From Rhizophagus irregularis (lineage: Eukaryota): a stretch of 64,000 nucleotides of DNA. The stretch covers positions 4,898,001 through 4,962,000 of the forward strand of contig NC_089433.1 in the NCBI RefSeq assembly GCF_026210795.1, read 5' to 3'. The notes below the pieces were generated by a model. That model was not told the DNA's origin. It did no database searches and saw nothing but the letters and a program-made list of their open reading frames with translations. Positions 1 through 14,207 of the stretch are shown in pieces (within the stretch, counting starts at the first letter, position 1; every line of letters begins with the position of its first letter). Both the position numbers and the translations under genes were made by a program.

Positions 1-573
1 GTTTAGACCCCGAAAGACTCGCGTATAACAAATAACCGTCGTACCGATCACGTGTATGTTTATCATATAATTATAAAAAGTTGTTATGCTTTACATTCAG
101 AAATATTTTTTTATATTTTAAAACTATTTAACTATTTATTTTTGATATTTAAAAACTATTATACAGTATTTAGCTATCAAATAGAAAAATTTCGAATGAA
201 ATTTGTTAGAAACTTAGACTTTTTATGCAATTTGAAGATCATAAAGTCCGGTAAATTACTGTAGCCTGTAGGCCTCTGTATTATTCAAGAGATTTACATT
301 TTGAAAAACTAATTATTCAGGTGCTATTTATAAAAGTAAACCTTTAAGTAGTATGATAATTCTGCAATGTCTTTAAGGAGATTAAGAAGTCAATCTACGA
401 AAGTACAAAAATTCTTGTATTACAATTGATCAACTAATTTATTTACATATTGTATTACACGGTGATTATTTGTCATACATCTACTCCGATATTTCTAAGC
501 CACTGATGATATTTTTCTTAGTTTTTTTGGTTCAAAAAAAATTTAACAAAAGTTAACCTTTATTTCAAAGAAT

Positions 574-1556
574 ATGAGTGAAAGTCAACAAAGAGAGGTA
601 TGTTACTTGAGGTGTGTCATTAAATCGGGAAAACTTGAGATTGAATGGTCTATTATCACACCATTCACCTGATACTGGATTGGGCTCTTTGAAAACAAAA
701 ACACAGAAAATAGGAATTGGCTCAATGGTCATTAGTTTTATGTTGGAAATCATAGTAATCACACAACTCTACTCGATGGATGATATGCTTATAATGGTAG
801 CCATTAGATCGGAACAGTTTCTGGGTAAAATCAAATACATATGAATCATATGAAGTATTTAAATAAAACTCATACACAAATGTACTTAATCCTGATTTCA
901 CAAATTTTAATAAGACTCATGTACACTATCATATCATTACAACATTTATTTAAAAGACATAAGATCGATTGGGGATTCAATACAGATGACAACTAGAACA
1001 GATTGCAGAGAGGAGACTCTTCGAAGGTTTGTTGAAAGAAATACGAACAATGTTAATGTTTACATTAGAACTTATAAAGTTCAAAATGCATATCTCATAG
1101 TTGATCCTGAATCATATCAATGTCTCATAATTTACCATGGTGGAGAAAAGGATTATTTCTTATGGTCTGGATGGAAGTTGAGCAACTGTCAACATCAGCA
1201 TGTAACACACCACCATGTAAATTAAAAGCAACCATACTTATTGTATTTGAAGGTGAAGGAAATGACTTAATTGACTTAATTAACCTATTTTTTGAATATG
1301 TATAAATATAGTGAGAATACTTATGATGGGAAAGTGTATGATGAACTTATAGTTTTAGCTGAAAGTTGCATTTCATCATCATTTGAAGGGAGGGATAAAA
1401 TAACCCCAGATGATGATTATAAGATTAGAAAGAAGGCAGGGTGTCTTTATTAATTAAATTGATGCAGATGATCAGGAATAATTTTATGGAAATAAATTAT
1501 ATGAACCTGTTTGCGAAATTTGCCGAGAAAAAATCGTCTCTGTGTCTCTATGCTAA
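574..1556 (+). pseudogene. Decayed ORF: N-terminal beta domain + colicin D-like tRNase domain + putative immunity-like domain
   Basis: ATG at 574 (MSESQQREVCYLRC...WIGLF) with several TGA/TAG stops. SLQHLFKRHKIDWGFNTDDN*N from 934, then after a frameshift RTYKVQNAYLIVDPESYQCLII...FLWSGWKLSNCQHQHV. After further frameshifts LIDLINLFF...YDELIVLAES...DDDYKIRKK. Confidence 0.55.
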
Positions 1557-2900
1557 AAGGGAGGTGAACATAAAAAAATCACACTTTAAGTGATGAATTT
1601 TAAAAAAATTTATCTTATTACAATTTAATTCTTATTTCTAGTCATGTAATGCTTGCTTTACAGTTATAATATACTTATTATAGCATGAAATTAAATTTTA
1701 TGTGTAATGAATACAGCTAAGTAAAAGAAAGTAATAGAATGAGAGAAATCTGTCCCGTTTAATGGCCTGTTACTCCTCCATATTGTAATGTTCCAATCAT
1801 ATCAATCATTCATCCATTTGAAATTTAGATATCTGTCATCTGTCAGTTAAATCAGATAGATCGGGTTAACAGAAGTCATCATCCATCAGATCTGAAACTC
1901 CTTTTGTCCTAAGAAATTTTTTTTGATTGTATACAAAGTATAGGATTTTCTCTTTTTAAAGTACAACCGTTAAAGACTAGTACCTCTTGAGCGAGACAAA
2001 TGGAAAGGTGAAGGTTTGTCTGGTCTCTTCTCAGGAATGTTATTAGTGTTCATTTTTTTTAGGAACTGAAATGTGAGAATGGCTTTTGGGGATTGAATCT
2101 GCATTTTTTAAAAGAACATTATTGTTTTTTTTTTCTTTTAGAATAGCCACCTTGAAACTTTTTGAGGAAATGAAAAGAGTCTGAACTCTTTCATTAGGAT
2201 GCTATTTACTTCTTTTTTTCTTATTTTTAAGAGAAATCACTTTGAAGACTATTAGGATTTACAAGAACAATACTTTTTTTAAAAAATAACTGCTACTAGA
2301 ATGGCTTCTTGGGGTAAATGGAAAGGAGTTTGGGTCTTTTACGAGAAGTTGTGAACATTTACTAAATGTCATTCTTTCTGTTGAACTGTGATTCAAACTT
2401 AGAAGGTAAATTTTAGATAGGAGATGATATTTTTTTATTTTAAAAACCATTTGCTAATATTCTGTTTATTTTGTTTTTTGTAGGATGGGCTATTTGACTC
2501 TTGGAGGTGGTTCTTAGATGGAAAGTGAATTTGGCAAGGAGTTCTTATTCCTTTTAGTTAGGGATTGGAATCGATTATCATTATTAGAATCAATTTTAAA
2601 ATCGATTAATCACGATTAATCGTTTCGCAAAATTTTGATTCTATAATTTGATTTTCGATTTTTGATAATCGGATTTATACTTCAAAAACAATACTATTTT
2701 ATGGCGCTAGCATCTTGTTAAACGTTTTAATGAACTTTTTATTTTCTATAATTTGTAATTATAGAATTTTTTTATACTTAAAATAATGTATTTTTTATAT
2801 TTTAAATTTAAAATAATGAATTTTAAAACTTATTTTTCGGTGTAACAGATAAATTTGATGATGATCATTTAATAAACTACTTTTATTATCAATACTGCTA

Positions 2901-3490
2901 TAGGTGTCGTTGAAATTAATTACGGATTTTACCACGATTACGGCACGTGCCGCATTGCCAACCGTAAAAACCGTAAAATTTTATTACAGCAAAATTCAAA
3001 ATATACGGGACACTTGAGAATTTTGATTGTTGGGTTGTCGGGTAGCCGGGTTACTCGGCAGTAGGTTATTATATAATCTGATATACTACTATTACACTCA
3101 TGTCACGTGTTATTTATAAAATAACCTATTGCCGACTAACCCGGCTACCCGACAACCCGACAATCAAAATTCTCAAGTGTCCCATATATTTTGAATTTTG
3201 CTGTAAGGCATTAAGTTCGGCCAGAGTTAAATGATCTTCGCGATAATGTCCTTTTTTGGAATATGGTGTAACCATTGTGTAACTCGATTCTCCATTTTTG
3301 ATGGGAAGCAAAATTCCTTTTTTGGAATTTTGTGTAACGTCACGTGATATAACAACAAAAATTCGGCCGGCATTACCGGCATTACCGGCATTATAAACCT
3401 ATTTACGGCATTACGGATAATTTACGGATTTCGCCGAATTAATTACGGTATAGCCGAAATGCCAAAATTCATGAATTTCGACGACAAGTA
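2901..3490. mobile_element. Nested TIR element (middle member)
   Basis: Imperfect TIR TAGGTGTCGTTGAAATT / AATTTCGACGACAAGTA; TTACGG/TTACCGGCA subterminal repeats; no clean TSD. Confidence 0.55.
2987..3203. mobile_element. Tc1/mariner(pogo)-type hairpin MITE (innermost)
   Basis: ~85-bp TIR CAGCAAAATTCAAAATATACGGGACACTTGAG...; TA on both sides. Confidence 0.85.
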
Positions 3491-4429
3491 TAAATTTCGA
3501 TTTTTGTTCGATAATCGATTTAAAATCGATTCTTATCGATTTTCGATAAATTCGATTATTGTAAAATCGATTCCAATCCCTACTTTTAGTATCCTTTCTT
3601 CAATTTAGGTAAGATTTCTCTTTTGATGATCTCTCTTTTAGGAATAATAGTGACCAATATTCCTTTTAGGGATTGTTTTCTTTTATTAAATTAAATATAG
3701 AAATAAATTACTACAATTGTAAATACTGTATAAAAAGATGTAATATTTCAATTAAGAATCTTAATAAAAAATCAATTATTATGCGATAATCTAATAAGAG
3801 TTTAATATCATTTTTCAACAAGAAAGGGGTCATGCTGAAAGAGATTATCATACTAAGTCATGTAAGTCGTGTGAATCATGTGAAACTTGATAAACTCAAA
3901 ATTTAAAAACATTTAAATAATATTGTAAGAAGAATTATCATCACTTGTAAAATAAGCTGTAATACATCTAATAAATCAAGCCTAATTATAATATAATATA
4001 AATCAATTTTTGATAGAAAGGAGGTAAACAATACAATAAATGGGATTATGAAAATATATATTTCATTATCAGAATTATTTATACTAAACTATAGTTTAGT
4101 TCAAAAAGTATGGATCAATTTGGTAGTTCAGACATTCAGAATGATTATCCTTAGTGAGGTGATGTGTTGTGGTCAAGTAGATTCTGTAGAATCTGCAAAA
4201 TGCAAAATGGCGTGATATTTAGATATATTTCAAGTCTTGCAATTCTTGAATTCAAATATATAAATCTTTAAAATACATACGATATAATACCAAGCCCAAT
4301 ATCAATATATTTATTTAATTGTGATGACAACATATCAATAATGTGCAACAATATAAACAAAATGTTTAACCATATAAAATATGAAAAAATTAGGGATAAA
4401 AGTACGCAGTAAAATATAAAAGTTTTTAT

Positions 4430-5160
4430 ATAAAATCACTTAAAAATTCGTTATATAAATTGCAGTATATCAAAATCATATTGATATGTTATTCAAAGTT
4501 TTCTCCTTTTTTTAATTATTTATGATTTTGAACCATATGAGATATAATTTGATTGGTATTAAATGGTTTTACCAGATTTAACCTGTAAATTTATTATTTT
4601 GGACGAAATAAAATAAACTTGAATTCATAATCAGTTTGATCATTATTTGAGTAGGTATTTTTATAATTATGCTGCAATTGCTGCATAGAGGCTAATGAAA
4701 TTTGGGTCAGGTTTAAAACATTAATATATTGATATATTATAATTTTTCAGCGGAATTATAAATAGTCAATTTCAAACTTTTTAAATTGGTAAAATATGAT
4801 AGAAATTATACGCTAAGTTGACCATTTGTCTAAAATTATTATATGGTATTTCATGTTTAATAAATGGTTTTCAACAAGTGATTCGTTACAAAAATGGTTA
4901 ATGTTTAAATGACATAACATCAAATAATTTTAAGGAGTTTGAGTAATCTTCATTCCTTTAATTGATTTGCATATCTCTGATACAATTAAACACTATCATT
5001 TATACTTATTGTAAGGTGTAAATCTTAAATTTTTACTAACAAAAAGATAAATAATTTCATTAAAATAAATCCATTTTAAAATGTTAAAGGTTTTTCTAAT
5101 TGTTGGATTCAAATATTTACAAAAGCTGATATAATTAAATAAAGACCTTTTATATGACAT
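4430..5160 (-). pseudogene. Degenerate F-box/RNI-like family gene, 5'-truncated
   Basis: YKRSLFNYISFCKYLN...FNEIIYLFVSKNLRFT matches YKRPLFNYISFCKHLN...NEIICLFINENTKFT of the 33436 gene; frameshifts and stops follow; similarity breaks off at about 5160. Confidence 0.7.
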
Positions 5161-8100
5161 TGCGGCGGATTTATGAAATTTGGCAAAAACCTCTGCTGCA
5201 CCCTCGGGAATTAAAATTGACTTACGGAAACATGTGATATCAATCAAAAATGTCAAATAATGACGCGCCTTTTAACACTGTAAAAATTGGTTAGACGCAA
5301 GATTTGAGGCACAAAAAGATTTTTGGGGCTCATTTTTGACTGTTCACTAATAAATTTGGGGACTTAAATTATTTTGTGACTAAAATACTGTCAAATATTT
5401 ATTTGATTTGACACGACGGAGGTATTTCACCGTGATGAATTTGTTGATCATTGATTATATTTTTTAATAGTATTAACAGATCTAAATGATTATTGGGAAA
5501 TAATATTGGAGTACAATAAAGAAATAATGATTTGTTTTCCATTTTGAGATTTGGCGAAAAATAGTATTTAAAATATAATACATTTCATCATAATTATGTA
5601 ATTTTAAATAAAAAAGAAGACTGTCCTTGTGGCTATGTAGGCTATGTATGGCTAAGCAAAGCAACCAATCATATTTTATTGTATATTAAACATAAATATT
5701 AAAAGTGTACTATTTATTTGGCTATGTAATATTGCTGTGTAATTATGTATAGCTATGCATAATTATGTGTGGCTATGTGTGGCTATGTGACATTTTTTTT
5801 TAATATTTAACAGAGTGGTAAAGGGTGAATACAACATTTAGTTTTTTTTATTTTACTCACAAAAGTAATTGCAAATTACTCATAATTTCTAATATGGAAT
5901 TCTAAGTTATATTCATTATTACCTTAATTTTGGTAAAGCTGTTATAAAAAATAAATAACATGCAAATTAAATTAAAGACAATACTTTAACTCAGACTTCA
6001 ATTCAAGGTTCAATTAAAGGCAATACCTTTCAAAGTTCAACACAAGTTCTTTAAAGGCAAGGTTTGGATGAAAATTTTCAGTCTTTCAAACAGTCCTTGT
6101 AAAAAAAAATACATATTGTGGATTTACAAGAAATGTACAATAATGACAGATTGACTTATTAAATGATTTATAAAGATTAAAAGATTGAAAAATACTATAA
6201 TTCTGTTTAAATTAAACCTGTATAAATATTTTATGATTTTTATATTGAATATGATTTTTTTTCTTGAAAAACCGATCATATTTAATTTTATAAAAAAGGT
6301 CCCACCTCACCATCATGCAAAACGCCATATAATATTAAAGTGCAACTTCAAAGGATAATGTTCATCAGCTACAGCAATAAAGTCAACACCTTTAACAACA
6401 AGTTTAATAACTTCTTTAATGGCAAGACAAATAGTTGCATGAACTTCAGATTCAGTTAAATTAGAAGCAATGATAGAGTACTATTATAAACAAAAATTAT
6501 AAAACCAATATCCAAAAGGCATATCAGAAGTTCTTATATTTTAGCATGTTTTATAGAACAATGTGAAAATGATATATAGACACATATCCTAGACAAGTAC
6601 AATTCTATTTTAAGCATACAATTTGCCTTTTGAATGGTCTGATGGAACATTACTTGGCTGAGTAAACCATAAAATCTACTATAATGTCTAACCTCAACCT
6701 TGATGATCCTAATCTAATGCTCAACTTAACCTAGTAAACTATAATCAAGTAATATGAATATTTAATCAATCAAAGAATATACAGAAATGATGATTCTTTT
6801 TATGTATTCAACTGCAATATGGATATTGAAAAGATGAATCGTGTGAAATTTCTTAATGAACTGCAAATGCTTTTAACTCTTTTTTTTCCTTTTTTTTCTT
6901 TTTTTTCACATTTTCATTTTCAACACCCAATATTAACTATTAAACTAATCCTTATATATTCTCCAATTCATTTACTATGAATAGTACTATGAATAGTAAA
7001 GGACTTTCTAATTAGCAATGCAAATTAAGTCTTAGTTATATTATATAGCATTATTTTAAAATAATTAATTTAAATATAGAGCCTTTTCTTGAAATTCTCT
7101 ACATGGCAGCATTGAATGCAATTATATATTTTCAAAGTTTTTTAATATCAGTAGGATTTCTGATATTTGGCATGGCCAAAATTTTATATAATAGTAAGAT
7201 GCTGGTATGTAACTTTGGTATATCTGCTAAAAGATTAAAATTATTCTACAAAAATACTCCATGGCATGTGAAACCTCTTATACATTTATTATTAACATTA
7301 AGAAATGTAATAATTGTAAATAGAGGCTTCCAATTTCTAAAAATGATTCAATAAGAATTTTAGGAGTATGGTTTAATATATAATAATCATAAGAAATATA
7401 TAATTAAACAAATTAAATATGAAATTAATTATGAAGCTGGATAATAAAGTTATAGAAAATACAGTATATATATATAAAATAGATTTTTGGGAGAATAAAT
7501 GAATTCATATTGAAGATTCAGAATCCAGATGACTCAGAAATAGGCAAGTTTCATAAAAAGAAACTCAATAATAAATCTAATGAACAAATTAATGATGAAA
7601 TATTTCAGTTCCTCAAAAAGTTGGTAGGTCAAATTACTCATAGCAAAGAGACAAGCTTTATGGATAAAGATAAAAATATTATTGCAAGAACTGATTGTGA
7701 CGATCCAGACAAGGTTATCTACTTAAAAATCAAGGCATTTATACCTTTAGATTAGAATATTGAAACAAAAATTAAGATTTTGAAGTTGGTCAGGGTAATC
7801 TTCTTAAAGGGTATTCTTGAAAAAGTGGAGAAATAATACTGAAATAATTCCACAATATCAATATATATGACTCACCATGCTTATGAAGGAGAGAGATTAA
7901 ATTTGTTTAACAAATATAAAAAAAGAATAATTAAAAATTTTAAACATGAATCTGAAAATTCATCTTCACAGATAGTTAAGAAATTTGAAAGATTTTTTAA
8001 TATTATACCAAAAAGTCAGTTAATGTTGATTAAATAATTAAATAAGTTTAATTGCATCATATAAACAACTACTTTATAGGAATTTGGACATTTATGAAAA

Positions 8101-9479
8101 ATAGAAATAGGGAACAAAGCAGGCAATTTTGGCAGTAAGATCACAAAAAAGAAAACATTAACAGATAGTCTTTACTGCACCTTACAGAATTAATCAATCA
8201 TATATAAGCCTTTACCTTATCTGCATGCAGGAATTTTTTTGCATTTTTTTTCATAATTTCATATGGCTATTATTAATTGTTCAATTCATTATGCATTATG
8301 AAATCACATGCTATTTTTGATAGAATTATTACAAACAGACACTTTCATAAGCAACCTCACCAATGAAATCTTCAGATTCGTCTAATGATAATTTTGTCTA
8401 TCATATTAATGTTTAATTAAATCTATGCAAAAAATTCTAGTCTCCTATTAAACAATGGCTCTCATATTATATCAAATATACCCAAGCATTGATTCAGTCA
8501 GCTTCCAGCAAATCTAGTTCTGAGGTGACCAAGTTTTAGAAAAACTCTCAAACTTTCTAATCTTCCTTCTAAACAAAATTTTTTGCTAAATAGATTTATT
8601 AAAGATATTGATCAGAAGATATCATTAATGTAAATAAAGTTTTAAGTAAAAGATTTTGTCATTGAAAACAAACCCTACTAGATAAAAGATCAAGACTTCT
8701 GGAAAAACAAGGATGCATTCAAAAAAATGAAACTAGCAAGATACAGAATTAAGACTTCAGGAAAAAGAAACAATAAATAAGAATTTACAGTAAGATGTAA
8801 CAAGCTTGATTTATTTTAACAATTTAAATCATCAAAGAATTGAATTTGCAAAAGTGCTGGGTAGGCCAAGAATCTATTTTCAAAAGGAAAATCAAAATTT
8901 CTATAGTAAAAATAATTAAATCATAGGTTTTTATTAATAAACAACAAAAATATTTATAATATTGGATGGTACTATTGACAAATAATTTTATCATTTGAGA
9001 CTATTCCATCTTTCACCAAAACAATCTTCATTATATATGGATATTATCACAGGATATCTCAAAGGTCTTTGATTCAATTGATCTCAATATGCCAATCTTC
9101 AAAATTTTAGAATTAAAACCAATTTTAACCAAAGATGTAAAAGGTGTCCAGGAAGATGCCACTCCATTTAACTATGTCCATATTGGTTAGTATAAACAAA
9201 ATGATTATAATGAGGATCAACATACCAGTCTTTTATGGACAGTGAAGAATACAAAAATTTTTCTTTATACTACACTATGATCTAATATACAAGTAAGGAG
9301 TTTTCAAAACTTACCAAAGAAAAACAAGAAATAATGGCAATATTAAAATAAAAATTGGATTTCTACCCTAATTTATTTATAAGAGATTTAATATAATATG
9401 AAAATTTTGTATAATATGAATTTCAATTCTGATAATACTCAATTTTTTAAAGTTCAGTATTTGATATTTCTGGTTCCAT

Positions 9480-9630
9480 AAAGCTATGTTTAAACCAAAT
9501 ACTAGAGGGAGAATGATGAAAATTTTTATTTAGAATTATATTGACCAATGATCAACATTTCAATTAATTCCTTAATCACTCCTGCACAGAACTCCTTTCC
9601 ATTATCTGATTGGTAAAATAGTTGGAGGAT
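9480..9630 (-). mobile_element. Integrase-like (rve; Ginger/KRBA2-type) transposase remnant
   Basis: QSDNGKEFCAGVIKEL matches the integrase second-Asp motif SDNGxEF; surroundings are degenerate. Confidence 0.6.
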
Positions 9631-10852
9631 AAGGCTTACTACTAGAAAGATATATAAAAGGGCTGGATAGAAAGATAATCCTCCAAGGTTATACATTAGG
9701 AGGGTTAAAGGAATATTGTATTCAAGGAGGTAAAGAAAATTTTTCTTTACCCCTGAGTACAAAAAAATTTATTTATCTGTAGGAAATAGGTTTGATTGTG
9801 AGATGTGCAAGGATAAGGGTTATGCTCTTGTTGTTTGTGATAGTTATTTTGAAATCTTTTTGTTTCCAATTCTCCTCTGCTTCTTACATGAGAGCCTAAA
9901 AAATGGAAAAGATCAAAAAAGATATGCTACTTTAATAACTTTATGCATTCAAAAATTTTGAATGATGAAGTATTGAAAGATCTTGAAAGAATCCTCTGTA
10001 ATAATAATGCATAGTAATAACTTTTATAAACTTCCTAAAGAACCAGTAATTTTAAAAAACTTAGCTTAATTAAAAAACAAGGATTTTATAATATGACAAT
10101 TAAAAGGAGCGAGATCTTGATGAAAGTTGCTTCAGGTAAATATTAATATATATGTGTATGGCTTTAATTTTTTATAATATATTAATTTTTAATTAAATAA
10201 TATACTACTAAATAATAGGTTTAGTTTCATTTAAAGAAATCATAAAAAATGAAAGTGAAAATATTTTTAGTATATATTGAACAACTTGATTTCAATAATT
10301 CAGAAGAGTACCACATTAATTCTTATTTTTGTAGAAAGTTTGTAAGTAGATTCAAAGCTAATGTTTGTTTTTAATTCTAAAGAAATTAAATGATGAAAGT
10401 TGTCATGCTGATTGGCTTAATTATGGAATAGTTTCAATTATTATAATTGATAAGAAAAACAATCTCTCACTTGTATACCTCATTATATACAACCTATTAA
10501 TATTCCAACCAAACATGCCTAATGGCAATAGAAGCAAAGTAAGCCTAAAGGGAGCTCTGCCAAGCAGCATTCTTAAAGGGAATCAATAAATTTACCAGAT
10601 TTTACTTAAAATTCAACTTTTGAATTGATCAATAAAATCATTCAAGGTGCTTTATATTAAGTTATTATATTTATTATTATTTTATAATTTATAATATTTA
10701 ATAATATAAATTAAGGAACAAAATTTTATTATAGCAATAAATATGCTTTAGTATTATTATTTAAATTTAATAATATGAAAATATGATCCTCTTACATAAT
10801 TTCAGATATAGATAAGAATAGGTATGATTAAATGGTTTCTGAAATATTGTAG

Positions 10853-11030
10853 ATTCTAGACAGGAGTAATATTGATGATTCAACTCTATCAGTGGTTCAA
10901 GATCTATTACTCCAAAATGTTGCAGAACAGGATATTTCTGCTCAAAAGACTTGTCACCTACTTCTTGGAATCTCCTTATATCACACTAGTTGTCAATTTG
11001 TAACTTTAAATCTTGATCAAAACTCCTTAA
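10853..11030 (+). mobile_element. Helitron-like Rep/helicase remnant
   Basis: Translates ILDRSNIDDSTLSVVQDLLLQNVAEQDISAQKTCHLLLGISLYHTSCQFVTLNL, matching the Helitron RDxSAQEaxhxLLGxxL...SRxFV motif. Confidence 0.7.
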
Positions 11031-11726
11031 TGACTTAAAAAAGGAATATGATCAAGTTGAATACAAAGATGGATTTTTATATATGCATTTTTTTGGATTA
11101 CAAAAAGAAAAATGACTGTTTATTAAATAGGATGAAATGGTCCATATTATGAACAATCTAAATTGTCAGTTCAATTTGACTTATCAAAAACATATAGTGA
11201 TATAGAAAGCTATTTTTAGGATTTGGTTGGATTGGAGAAATTATTCCTAATATTTTTATAATATTTATTATAATTATTTAAATTATATAATTAGTATGAT
11301 ATCACTTATTTTTCAATTTTTTTCATATTACAAAATTCCTAATATAAGAAATTTTATAGTAATCAATTATCAATAATATGGTTATTGACTATATTAAAAG
11401 TCTAATGCTTGGCTCATACTATATATAGGGACTTCTTTAAAGAAAAAATTTTCCTTTTCCTTCCTTAATTTATTTTTACTTCTATCCTATTTTGATTTTA
11501 TTTCATTATTAAAGTTATAAATTATTGTTTTTCTTGTTTTTTGATAAAAATAAATTATCAAAGAAAAGATTACTCCCACCAGAAGAAAAACTAGGTCTAC
11601 AAGCAAGATAGGTTTGAAATAATCTATGTATTTGAATATTTAATTCAAAAATATTACTACCCAACTTTTAAGTAGAATTACACATTTACAAATACTTTTA
11701 TTAAAACAAATGCTATTTGGATACAT

Positions 11727-11815
11727 TAAAGAAGCAATTGATCATATTGCTGAAGTATGGAGTAATGTTACTCAAACAACCATTCGATTAAAACAGGCAT
11801 ACTTCCATCTTATAA
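11727..11815 (+). mobile_element. pogo/Tigger (DDE_1) transposase C-terminal remnant
   Basis: IKEAIDHIAEVWSNVTQTTIR, then KTGILPS after a frameshift; an acidic tail resumes after the MITE at 12447. Confidence 0.65.
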
Positions 11816-11824
11816 TGATAATAT

Positions 11825-12446
11825 GGTAACCCCTATGGAAGCCACATTAGTGGCACAGTTGTTACTATTTTCATCATTGTATAACATTTATCATGCACAT
11901 GAAAAAATGAAAAAACGCATATCTTTTTATTCTTTAAAATACACTGAATTTTTTATATTTTTACATACAGTATAAACAAAAACCAAGTATTTTAAAGTAT
12001 TTTTTGATGAAACAAGTATTCATAAAGTGTTTTTTAATGAAATAAGTACTTTTAAAGTGGTTTTTTAACCAAAAAAATGTATTTTTTTTAACGAAAACAA
12101 AGTATTTTTATTATTTTTTTTTAATGAAAACAAAGTATTTTTTTAACAAAACAGTATTTATAAAGTGTTCTTTAATGAAACAAGTATTTATAAAGTATTT
12201 TTTATCATTTTTTTTATGATATTTTAGTATATATATTTTTTTTTAAAACAAAAATTATTTTTTAACTAAGACAAATATTTTTTAACAGTTAGTAGTATTT
12301 ACTAGCAAAAATAAAGTATCTTTTTAAAATTAAAATAAATGAGAAAGTGTAATAAATTAAAATTATAAAAAAAGTCTGTGTACAAAAAAATCAGTGGCTT
12401 AGTTGTTCTACTGTTGTGGTTTCCTGATGGGTTTGTAGGGGTTACC
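11825..12446. mobile_element. Mutator-like MITE
   Basis: TIR GGTAACCCCTA/TAGGGGTTACC; 9-bp TSD TGATAATAT; internal GAAACAAGTATTT repeats. Confidence 0.85.
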
Positions 12447-13575
12447 TGATAATATAATGAAGATGAAGATGGATTGGACAAATCTTTGATATTTTCACAA
12501 TGTTACAGACACAATTGTAAGCTGAAATAGAATGTATAGATTTAACAGAATATAAAAAAGGATGAATAAACTACTTCTGAAATGATTATAATATGATATT
12601 CAAATGCAGGCATAAAATTTTCTTTCTAACTCAAATAATTATCATAAGGAATTATTCTAAAAAACCGACATTGATAAGTAAAAATAATAGAATTGATATT
12701 TATCTTTAGTTGTTTTCCAAAACGGATTTTATACATTCTATTAATATAGATTCATTTAAAAGAAAATTGCACAAATTTTATAATTATTTTAGTTGAGTAA
12801 CTGGAGATCTAAATGTTAGGATAAATGATTATCATAACCTTTTAGAGAAAAAATGTATATACCATTGCATACTTATCATATTGGCAGATTTATTGTTTAA
12901 TTTACAATATTTAATATACAGTACCGTATACTACTAAATTTAATCTGATTGGATTGATATTCATCATTAGAAAGTAGAAGACATGGAAGATGGAATTCTA
13001 ATGGCACATCTAAATATAAATTCATCAGCTAGAATGCATAATAGGTATTTAAGAAGCAGAAAAATTATTTAATACCAATTAAAAGATAAATGATGTAATA
13101 TATATTTTCAGACATTATAATTAAGATAGTATAGTTATATATAATAATTTTATTAAGGCTTTGCAATTATTAACAATAAAATGATAAGAAATTATCAACC
13201 AAACATATATTACTATAACAATTGTTTTATTACAATTATTTCTATGTACTTTAATAATAATACAATTATAGTAAATAAAAATACAAATTTTAAATGCCTA
13301 ATATAAATAATATACACATTTTAATGTTTGATATACAAGATAAATATAACTAATTAAATAATGAAATTATAAATTATATTCATTTTATAAATTTTAATGA
13401 ATTTTTCAAGGTTACAAACATATTTTGTTTTATACCTTTTCAAAATTTGATTTAATGATCTATACAATCATCAAATTTGCTATATACACTTTCAAGAAAA
13501 TTTTTTTTTTTGAATAACGGTAATCCGAAATTGAGTATCAACCTAAGTATCTTAACGTACTAATATCATGTATTA

Positions 13576-14207
13576 TTACATGTTACGTATTCCATATCCA
13601 AAATTTAAAACCAACTTATAAATTTCTTTTTCCGGATCCTGAGTTAACCCATAAATTTCATGATTTAATTTAATCTATAAATATAATACTATTATTAGCA
13701 GAATTTTAAAATTTCAAAATTATCACTAAATAATAAAAATTAAATTACCTCATTTAAGAATTCTAATGTAATATTTTTTGAATTATTTAAACTTTTCAAA
13801 GCTACGACTAAATAAGGGACAGATCGTTCCCAATTTTGATTTTTATTATCCCATTCGTCTATACGTCCATCAATCCAAATTGCTCTGTACAGTTTGCTAG
13901 AACTGTTTTCTTTAACATGTTTAATATCGTAAAATCTATCATAAGGTATCCATTCTAATACACCTGTTATTTCACCATGTGATGATAATTGAGTATTTTT
14001 AATAAATATATCAACATCGTTATTACCACTGGTCCAATTCTTGAAATTTTGTTGAAACCGTTTCGTATTGCATATACATTTACATTCTTTGCATATCTCA
14101 TTCAATTCTTCTTTAACATGTGTAACATGTGTAACATGCGATTTTCTAATTAACTTCTTAAGCTTTTTAAGTTTCTTAATCCTTTTGATAAAGGAACGCA
14201 TTGACAT
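13576..14207 (-). CDS. Truncated tyrosine-kinase-like protein (N-lobe only, ~185 aa, 2 exons: 14207-13749, 13674-13576)
   Basis: WTSGNNDVD, LEWIPYDRF, VALKSL, then GT-AG intron and IYGLTQDPEKEIYKLVL before a stop; no HRD/DFG. Confidence 0.75.

Larger units (their letters stand above)
2559..3582. mobile_element. Non-autonomous hAT element (outer member of a nest)
   Basis: TIR TAGGGATTGGAATCGATT at both ends; 8-bp TSD CTTTTAGT (2551-2558 and 3583-3590); subterminal ATCGAT repeats. Confidence 0.9.

Noticed and set aside
7103..7830. Short ORFs in the decayed region
   Set aside because: Interrupted by stops, with no motif I can assign with confidence.
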